From an uncultured Clostridia bacterium (lineage in GTDB: Bacteria > Bacillota > Clostridia > Christensenellales > CAG-917), in assembly GCA_947589395.1 (NCBI GenBank), contig CANQAA010000003.1, forward strand, positions 1 to 44,986: a DNA stretch of 44,986 nt, written 5' to 3'. Positions 1-6,864 of this stretch are shown one piece after another. Both the position numbers and the translations under genes were made by a program. Below the pieces are notes generated by a model. It did no database searches. It was not told where the DNA came from and saw nothing but the letters and a program-made list of their open reading frames with translations. Position 1 is the first letter of the stretch; the number at the start of each line of letters is the position of its first letter.

Positions 1-22
1 AATGAGTTGTTCGTTGAACAAT

Positions 23-60
23 GCCCTCCGGACTTGCGCTTTGCAAGTCCTTACGAGGGC
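23..60. other. Nested hairpin downstream of the HxlR gene (possible terminator or REP-like element)
   Basis: GGACTTGC-GCTTT-GCAAGTCC (30-50) enclosed by GCCCTC/GAGGGC; no clear U-tract. Confidence 0.35.
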
Positions 61-83
61 GGCGCGGTTTTTGAGCGGAATTT

Positions 84-410
84 TCAGCGATTTTTGTCGC
101 CCCAATCGCACATCATGTCGAGAATTGGCATGAGCGATCTGCCTTTTTCGGACAGGCTGTATTCAACCTTTGGCGGAATTTGCGGATATTCCTTGCGCAC
201 GATGAGTTTGTCGGCCTCGAGCTCTTTCAAAGTGAGACTCAGCGTCTTGTATGAGATCCCTTTGATGTAGCGTTGCAATTCATTAAAACGCACTACGGAA
301 AACTCCATGAGCGTGTAAAGTATCGTCATCTTATATTTGCCGTTTATCAACGACAATGTGTACGAAAATCCCGTATCCGCAAGATTTTCATTGGCGATGC
401 AGCGTTCCAT
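84..410 (-). CDS. HxlR-family winged-helix transcriptional regulator (108 aa)
   Basis: Motifs GKYKMTIL, RFNELQR, ISYKTLSLTLKELE, YPQIPPKVEYSLSEKG; start reassigned to ATG at 410 (MERCI) with GGAGG at 415-419. Confidence 0.9.
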   Translation of the reverse strand: MERCIANENLADTGFSYTLSLINGKYKMTILYTLMEFSVVRFNELQRYIKGISYKTLSLTLKELEADKLIVRKEYPQIPPKVEYSLSEKGRSLMPILDMMCDWGDKNR

Positions 411-461
411 ACGCCCTCCTTCACTATCTAAACTGTAAGTACCCAACATAAATGTGCGTAC

Positions 462-490
462 TTCACAAGTCAATTATACTATGTTAAAAT
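462..490 (+). promoter_or_regulatory. Sigma-A promoter for the 520..903 gene, next to a probable HxlR operator
   Basis: TTCACA-17 bp-TAAAAT with TG extension; AAGTAC...GTACTT inverted motif at 437-463 overlaps the -35 edge. Confidence 0.5.
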
Positions 491-519
491 GCATTCGTCA
501 ATAAATTCAGGAGGCTACT

Positions 520-903
520 ATGAGAGCAACGATCAAAGATTATCAAGAAGTGGAACAAGCGGCAATGAACTTTGTAAAAAGCGTCGCAGAAGGCAACAGC
601 AAATACGCAAAAGCGCTCTTCAGAGAGGACGCGGTGCTGTTTGGAGTCCTGAACGGCGAGCTCGAGCATGGCTCTATCGAGCAATTCTACAAAAACGTGG
701 ACTCCGTCGGCGCAGACAAAAACTTCAAAGCGCGCGTGGACGTCGTTGACGTTGAGGAGACGCTCGCGGTGGTGCGCGTGCTCGAAGAAGGATGGGGAGG
801 CAGCATAGACTTCACGGACTATCTGCTGCTTTTGAAACTGAACGGCGAGTGGAAGTGCGTAGCAAAAGCCTACAATCAAAACTCCGACACTGTAAAGCGC
901 TGA
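520..903 (+). CDS. NTF2-like / putative lumazine-binding family protein
   Basis: 127 aa, AGGAGG RBS; C-terminal FTDYLLLLKLNGEWKCVAK typical of the family; divergent from HxlR. Confidence 0.8.
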   Translation: MRATIKDYQEVEQAAMNFVKSVAEGNSKYAKALFREDAVLFGVLNGELEHGSIEQFYKNVDSVGADKNFKARVDVVDVEETLAVVRVLEEGWGGSIDFTDYLLLLKLNGEWKCVAKAYNQNSDTVKR

Positions 904-922
904 CCTCGCCTTACAAACAAAG

Positions 923-946
923 ATCCCCGAAATTCGGGGATTTTTT
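923..946 (+). terminator. Intrinsic terminator
   Basis: ATCCCCGAA-A-TTCGGGGAT followed by a T-run. Confidence 0.8.
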
Positions 947-1024
947 GCATATATAAGCATATAAAAGACCCTTTCAAAGTTAAATTTGTTTGCTTAAATG
1001 AAAAGCGGCGGGATGAAAAATTTG

Positions 1025-1091
1025 TTGTCAAACGGCAAGCTTGATGATATTATGATAATATATTTATTTTTTATCAAGATATAATCAAGCT
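1025..1091 (+). promoter_or_regulatory. Sigma-A promoter overlapped by a 20-bp imperfect inverted repeat (operator)
   Basis: TTGTCA(1025-1030)-17 bp-TATTAT(1048-1053) with TG; arms 1039-1058 and 1071-1090 match at 17/20. Confidence 0.55.
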
Positions 1092-1118
1092 ATATATAGG
1101 CTAAATAAAGGAGGCCTT

Positions 1119-3356
1119 ATGAAAAGAAAAACCGTAATTTCGATCTTGGGCGCGGCGATGATTTTGATGATGCTCGCGACGCTGTTTACGGCGGGCGACC
1201 CAAAAGAAAATCTGTTCAAAGTCAATTATGACTTGGGCGAATATGTCGGCGAGGGCGCGCCGCCAAAGGGCATCGAGGTGGAGAGCGAAGTCACTTTGCC
1301 TCAAGTCGGCGTTGAGTGGAGCGAGCACGAGTTCACGGGCTGGAAGGCGGACGGCGAAGGCGAGCTCATCATGCCCGGCGACGTCGTGGCGGTCACAAAG
1401 GACGTGACGTTTGTGGCGCAATGGGAGTCCGCGCTGCCGCCGCCGTCGGACAAGATCGCGCTGTTCATGTACGGCGACCTTTACGAGAACAAAATGCGCA
1501 CGATCTACGCTCAGCTTAACGGCGTAGAGGGCAACCTCAATTGGGAGTCCGACAACATAGAAGTCGTGGAAGTGTCCGATATCGTCTACGAACAAGGCGA
1601 CATGCCCGAGATGTTCCTGACGGCAAAGGGCGTCGGCAAGGCAAATATCAAGTGCTATCTGCAATCCGATCCAACAATATACGCCGTCTATGAGATCGAA
1701 GTCAAGGCGATAGACGACGGAGAGACGCTGCCGAAGTCAATTTACGACGGGATCGGAGGCGGAGTTAAGGTGACTTCCATCGACAGCGGCCTCGTGTTCA
1801 ACAAACGCTATAACGAGAGCGTGGCGTTTGAGGATAAGCTGACGAACGTATACGCCAACACCGTTATCGAGGGCGATCCCGACCTCACGGACGCTTTTTA
1901 CTTCGAAGCGGAGACCGACGGCGTCGTGAGCGCAAGCTACTCTTTCGTCAACAGCGAAGGCTACGTCGCAAGACAAAGCCTCGACTATCACAACCGAGTG
2001 GTGAGCGAGCGCGCCAAAAACAGCGACGGCTTCAATATCGCATGGAACGAATCCATTTACTTCAATCCTTTCTCGGGATACGATCCCTGCTACGCGGCGG
2101 ACAATTGGAGAAGCTACGACGGCGGCAAGACCTACCACTTCGTCGGCTACGACCTCGACGCGGGCGAGCTAAGCAGGATCTTGTATCTGATAAACGGACT
2201 TTCGCCCGACGATATGTACTTCACGGTCGAGGACGGCGAGATCGTCTCGTTCACGACTTTCATCGACCCATCGAATTACAATCGCGGCACAAACCAAAAG
2301 TACGGACGCAGGATCGTCTCCACGTTCACCGAGCGCGGCACTGCCTCAATTGAAGCGCTTGAGCCATACGCTCACGAGGACTTTCACGATCAAATTGCAA
2401 CCGTTATAGAAAATATGGCGAATCTAAAGAGTTACAAGGCGACCTACAATTTTCAATCCCTGTTCAACGGCGAGCAAACGTTCATCTACACCTTCACTCC
2501 CGACACGGTGGACGTCGTCGTAAAGCAAGCGGGAAGGACCAAACAGCATACGGGCGCGCACGTCTATCAAAACAGCGACGGCTACACCTACTATAGCTAC
2601 GACTATAACGACGAGACCAAAGAGCTCAAGGTCACCGAGCTGCACGACACGGCTTGGGACAACGACACCGTTCACCGCTACCCCACCTTCAACTTTGCCG
2701 CAGAAATTTTTGTCGCGACTGCAAATCCCAACGAGTTCGTGACCCGCGCTGCATTCGGAGCGTTCGTGCAAGAGACGATATATGCGAGTTGGTACGGCGT
2801 ATCCTGCCTCGACGTAGGCAAAATCAAGATAGACGGCGACTATATCACTGAAGTTTCGACCACCACCACGATCACGGACGAGGACGACTCTTACACCTAC
2901 AATCTGCGGGTCGCCTTCAGCGAGTTCAACGAGACCTCGATCGATATCGACTTCGACACCGCAATATTCCCGACCACGCCCACAAATTGGCAGGACGGCT
3001 CGGCAGAATTGTTTGAAGATATGCAGGCATGGAATATACCAGAACTACCCTACTTGCATCCTGAGGAGGGATGGACATCTTACATTACAAGAGATTCCGA
3101 CGATCCGACCCACGCAAGTTTCACTACCGACTCATTCAGCAAGGACGAATTGAGAGATCAATATATAGAAGACTATCAACAGTTGTTGCTATCTTCTGGC
3201 TGGATAGACACCAACACGACGGACGCAGACGGCAATAAACTCTATCAAAAGGGAGATTATCAAGTGTCGGTGGGATTGGAAATAGGTTGGTGGAGTTCCG
3301 CTCCGACAGGAAGAGTTCAAATCAACGTGTACAGCAATCTTTTGACTCCAAACTGA
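1119..3356 (+). CDS. Secreted/surface protein: InlB B-repeat-like domain, Ig-like (Big_2-like) domain, two beta-rich domains and a C-terminal domain shared with the neighbouring lipoprotein
   Basis: AAGGAGG RBS; signal peptide; FTGW...PGD...FVAQW (B-repeat-like); WESDNIEVVEV...AKGVGKANI (Big_2-like); acidic composition. Confidence 0.8.
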   Translation: MKRKTVISILGAAMILMMLATLFTAGDPKENLFKVNYDLGEYVGEGAPPKGIEVESEVTLPQVGVEWSEHEFTGWKADGEGELIMPGDVVAVTKDVTFVAQWESALPPPSDKIALFMYGDLYENKMRTIYAQLNGVEGNLNWESDNIEVVEVSDIVYEQGDMPEMFLTAKGVGKANIKCYLQSDPTIYAVYEIEVKAIDDGETLPKSIYDGIGGGVKVTSIDSGLVFNKRYNESVAFEDKLTNVYANTVIEGDPDLTDAFYFEAETDGVVSASYSFVNSEGYVARQSLDYHNRVVSERAKNSDGFNIAWNESIYFNPFSGYDPCYAADNWRSYDGGKTYHFVGYDLDAGELSRILYLINGLSPDDMYFTVEDGEIVSFTTFIDPSNYNRGTNQKYGRRIVSTFTERGTASIEALEPYAHEDFHDQIATVIENMANLKSYKATYNFQSLFNGEQTFIYTFTPDTVDVVVKQAGRTKQHTGAHVYQNSDGYTYYSYDYNDETKELKVTELHDTAWDNDTVHRYPTFNFAAEIFVATANPNEFVTRAAFGAFVQETIYASWYGVSCLDVGKIKIDGDYITEVSTTTTITDEDDSYTYNLRVAFSEFNETSIDIDFDTAIFPTTPTNWQDGSAELFEDMQAWNIPELPYLHPEEGWTSYITRDSDDPTHASFTTDSFSKDELRDQYIEDYQQLLLSSGWIDTNTTDADGNKLYQKGDYQVSVGLEIGWWSSAPTGRVQINVYSNLLTPN

Positions 3357-3408
3357 GTTAAACTACGCTCCTTCAAAATGAGGAGCGAAGCCGCTTAACG
3401 CATACAAC

Positions 3409-3434
3409 AAAAATCCCCGAAATTTGGGGATTTT
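3409..3434. terminator. Bidirectional intrinsic terminator between convergent genes
   Basis: AAAAATCCCCG-AAATT-TGGGGATTTT; near-identical to the terminator at 923-946. Confidence 0.75.
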
Positions 3435-3470
3435 CGTTTGCATTTTTACGGATTTTTCAATACATGTGCG

Positions 3471-5528
3471 TTAAATTGCCGATATCTCAATATAAATCAT
3501 GTTTCCGGATTGAATCCAGATCTCGATCTTATATTGACTTGCAGGCGACACATAGAACACATAGTCGGAAAGGTCGTCGGTATAATCGTCGGATTGCGTA
3601 AAGCCCGCCGCTTTAAGAGCTTCCTCATATGCCGCTCTTTGCTGTTCTGCCTCGTCTGAATCTGCGCATTCCACGCTTATTTGCAGGCAATCGGGATTGT
3701 ACATCGTGCCGAATTTATATTCATACGTCGCCCCTGCGACCTCGAGGGCGGGAAGTTCATCGGTGAAGCCGCGCTTAAGCAGTTCTCCGCTCACCACGTT
3801 TGAAGGCCAAACTTTGGGTGAAGCCGCGCTGAAGTAAACGTATATCGCGCCGTCCTCTTCAAATGACGGCAAGACATAAAGCTGTCCGTTTGGCGAAAGA
3901 TAGAGACCTTCGTCGCCGTACACAGTGTATCCCGCCTTTATAATCGTTGCCTCATATGCCGCGAGCGCCGCTTCCTCCTCGCCGACCGGAACAAATATCT
4001 CAACATACGCGCTGCTTAATATCCACGCCTCATGTACGGCATATCCCGAAGCGTTCGTGCCCTCGTAGGCAGGAACTACGTCCGTGATGTACGGGTCCGC
4101 AATGAGCTCGACAATGTCGTCATAAGGCCAAGCGGGCAACGGCTTGTCCTTCAAATAGAGATAGACGTTGATATGGACCGCCTCATCCGTATATTCGATG
4201 TCGATAGTCGCAATTTTGCCTTCGATCTCTTTATTATATACGCTCACGTCGCCTTCGTCGGCAAGCGTCCATCCGTTGTCTTCAAGTTCCTCAAGATATG
4301 CGTTGTAGATAGCCTCGTCCGCGCCGTACGCCTCGATGACGACCCTCATCAAAGTCTTGTCAGTTATATAATAAATGAGGTCGTTTTCATCTTCATAGCC
4401 GATATACAGAGCTCCCTCGAAGTCAAAGACGGGAATGTCGAACGCCGGCCAATTGTACGCGGCAAACACGTCGGGCAACCACTCTCCCGGCCATTCGGCT
4501 TCGGGAATGAGCTTTGGAATGATGATGTAAATTGCAAGGCCTCTGAGCGACGTGTTATACTTGAACGACACGCCAAACGCGTTATCGCTTGTGTACGCGT
4601 TGACAAAGCCGCCCTCGTCCTTTTCCTCGTCAACGCTCCAATTTGCATTTGTCAGGATGTCCTTATATTTTTTCTCGGCGGCGGCGTCCGTCGTGTAGCA
4701 AAGGACCGCGATGAGCTCGTTGTTGTAAGAATCGGAGTATTGAGTCATAAGGTAATGATCGGACTCGAATGCGGGGATTTCCTCGTTCGAGCCGAACATA
4801 TCCGACGTGAAAATTGCAAATATATCCGTCGGAAACTCATACAAATACGGATCGTAAGCTGTGAGAGCAAAAGACCCGGTCGCGGTGAGCGCGGGATCGC
4901 CCTCCTCATCGAGCGCTCCAAACTCGGCATAGACATACCTTATGCCGTCATCGGTCTGCACTTGTTTTTCAAACGCGTACCAACCGACGGGCATGCCTCC
5001 TTCGTACATATCCGACGCGTCCTTCCACTCGCCCGACGTCATATATATTGCGGCATACGCTTTCACTTCTTCAAAAGTCACGGTCGCGCCCGCAACGACG
5101 AGCTCGCCCGAATCGTCGTCAAAGTCAACTTTGTTGTTGTCCTTGTCAAAATACGGCAACACGACGCCATGCAAATGAGCCCGCATTATCTCCTTTTCGT
5201 CCTCACGCCAATCGGGAAGAGGCGTATGAAATACGGCAAGAACCGACACGGACGCTTTGGGCTCATAGCCCTCTTGCACCTGTTCATCGCCGACAAACCA
5301 ACCGTCGAAAATCTCATCGTCATGCCCGCCCGGAGCTACGGGGATCTGCTCCGCAGTCAGTTTGTCGCCTTCAGTCACGTCGACATGACTCACTTCGTTC
5401 GCGCCGTCCAAAAACCTGACGGTGTATATCTTTGGGTCGGGAGTCTTGTCTTTTTCGCCGCACGCGACAAGACATATCGCGCTGATCAAAAGCGCCAACG
5501 CTATCAATATGATTTTTGACCTTTTCAT
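3471..5528 (-). CDS. Surface lipoprotein (685 aa) with an InlB B-repeat-like domain and five tandem ~110-aa repeats
   Basis: Start reassigned to ATG at 5528 (MKRSKII) with AGGAG RBS; lipobox LVAC; YTVRF...FDGWF; repeats of W/FP...(L/I/V)P...Y...L...GW/Y/F. Confidence 0.85.
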   Translation of the reverse strand: MKRSKIILIALALLISAICLVACGEKDKTPDPKIYTVRFLDGANEVSHVDVTEGDKLTAEQIPVAPGGHDDEIFDGWFVGDEQVQEGYEPKASVSVLAVFHTPLPDWREDEKEIMRAHLHGVVLPYFDKDNNKVDFDDDSGELVVAGATVTFEEVKAYAAIYMTSGEWKDASDMYEGGMPVGWYAFEKQVQTDDGIRYVYAEFGALDEEGDPALTATGSFALTAYDPYLYEFPTDIFAIFTSDMFGSNEEIPAFESDHYLMTQYSDSYNNELIAVLCYTTDAAAEKKYKDILTNANWSVDEEKDEGGFVNAYTSDNAFGVSFKYNTSLRGLAIYIIIPKLIPEAEWPGEWLPDVFAAYNWPAFDIPVFDFEGALYIGYEDENDLIYYITDKTLMRVVIEAYGADEAIYNAYLEELEDNGWTLADEGDVSVYNKEIEGKIATIDIEYTDEAVHINVYLYLKDKPLPAWPYDDIVELIADPYITDVVPAYEGTNASGYAVHEAWILSSAYVEIFVPVGEEEAALAAYEATIIKAGYTVYGDEGLYLSPNGQLYVLPSFEEDGAIYVYFSAASPKVWPSNVVSGELLKRGFTDELPALEVAGATYEYKFGTMYNPDCLQISVECADSDEAEQQRAAYEEALKAAGFTQSDDYTDDLSDYVFYVSPASQYKIEIWIQSGNMIYIEISAI

Positions 5529-5579
5529 ATTCTTTCTCCTTGTATAAAGAGTATCAACAATTATATTATGTTTTCTATA

Positions 5580-5609
5580 AATATAACCCCCCCCCCAACG
5601 TTTTGTCAA
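5580..5609 (-). promoter_or_regulatory. Sigma-A promoter with a G10 homopolymer in the spacer
   Basis: TTGACA (5609-5604), 18-bp spacer containing the tract at 5587-5596, TATATT (5585-5580). Confidence 0.65.
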
Positions 5610-5774
5610 CGCATTTTGCATAAATATTTGAAAGCGCACTTAAATATTGAAGAAATATTGCATAAAATCGTTATATATGCAACATTTTATGCAAAATTAT
5701 GCATAAAATTGCAGACTTCCGTTTTCCCCGAATTGAGAGCTGCGCTGAAAGGTGTAAAATCGGCTCAAACGGTG

Positions 5775-5803
5775 TTGAAAACTGCGTTAAGTCGATGTAT
5801 AAT
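5775..5803 (+). promoter_or_regulatory. Sigma-A promoter of bsh
   Basis: TTGAAA-17 bp-TATAAT, then GGAGG RBS. Confidence 0.7.
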
Positions 5804-5819
5804 ATAGGCGGAGGGCAAT

Positions 5820-6794
5820 ATGTGCACAGCGGTAAGTTACAAAACAAAAAGTCACTATTTCGGAAGAAATCTGGACTATGAATATTCCTATCACGAGACG
5901 GTCACGATCACGCCGCGCTCCTATCGATTCAGCTTTCGCCAAGCGGGCGAGAGCCGTCGTCACTACGCGATGATCGGCATGGCGTTTTGTCAAAACGACT
6001 ATCCTCTTTACTACGACGCGACAAATGAGAAGGGGCTAAGCGTCGCGGGGCTCAACTTCCCCAAAAACGCCTGCTACAAGGACGCCGATCCGAACAAGGA
6101 AAACGTAGCGCCGTTTGAGTTTATCCCGTATATCCTCGCGGACTGCAAAAGCGTCGAAGAAGCGCGAAAAAAGCTGAAAAACGTCAACCTGTATTGCGAA
6201 AACTTTTCAAATGAGCTTCCGCACTCCCCTTTGCATTGGATAATTTCGGATCGAGACGAGAGCGTCACAGTCGAGCCGCTCGCAAGCGGACTCAAGGTGT
6301 ACGACAATCCGGTCGGCGTGCTCACAAACAACCCGCCGTTTGACTTTCATATGCTGAATCTTGCAAATTACATCAATCTGACCCGCGACGAGCCCACGAA
6401 CCGCTTTGCAAAGGACTTCGACCTCGCCCCGTACAGCAGAGGCATGGGCGCGATAGGACTGCCCGGCGACCTCTCTTCCGCGTCAAGATTCGTCAAGGCG
6501 ACGTTCACAAAGCTCAACTCCGTCTCAAAGGACGACGAGACGTCAAGCGTGAGCCAATTTTTCCACATACTCGGCTCGGTCGAGCAACAGATGGGCTGCT
6601 GCCGCGTCGAAAGGGGCTTTGAACATACGATCTACTCCTCTTGCTGCAACACCGACTCGGGCGTCTACTATTACACCACCTACAACAACAGCAAGATCGT
6701 GGGCGTGGACATGTTCAAAGAAGACCTCGACTCCGCCTCGCTCATCTCCTACCCCCTCCTCACGCAGAACTCCCTCTTCATCCAAAACGCATAA
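5820..6794 (+). CDS. bsh: Choloylglycine hydrolase (bile salt hydrolase, Ntn hydrolase, C59 family)
   Basis: N-terminal nucleophile Cys2 (MCTAV), FGRNLD, NEKGL, GLNFP, LTNNP, SRGMGAIGLPGD, SRFVK; no signal peptide. Confidence 0.9.
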   Translation: MCTAVSYKTKSHYFGRNLDYEYSYHETVTITPRSYRFSFRQAGESRRHYAMIGMAFCQNDYPLYYDATNEKGLSVAGLNFPKNACYKDADPNKENVAPFEFIPYILADCKSVEEARKKLKNVNLYCENFSNELPHSPLHWIISDRDESVTVEPLASGLKVYDNPVGVLTNNPPFDFHMLNLANYINLTRDEPTNRFAKDFDLAPYSRGMGAIGLPGDLSSASRFVKATFTKLNSVSKDDETSSVSQFFHILGSVEQQMGCCRVERGFEHTIYSSCCNTDSGVYYYTTYNNSKIVGVDMFKEDLDSASLISYPLLTQNSLFIQNA

Positions 6795-6810
6795 ATTTTG
6801 TAAGCACAAA

Positions 6811-6842
6811 AAAAAATCGACGCTTGTACGTCGATTTTTTTA
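6811..6842. terminator. Bidirectional intrinsic terminator
   Basis: AAAAAATCGACG-CTTGTA-CGTCGATTTTTT. Confidence 0.85.
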
Positions 6843-6864
6843 TTAGCTTATGATTTTTATATAA

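Noticed and set aside
4032-5519. 495-aa plus-strand ORF
   Set aside because: Antisense shadow of the lipoprotein gene; no SD or motifs.
5529-5639. N-terminal extension of the lipoprotein ORF through the G10 tract (frameshift-type phase variation)
   Set aside because: The SD and signal peptide place the start at 5528, so the tract lies in the promoter and not in the coding sequence.
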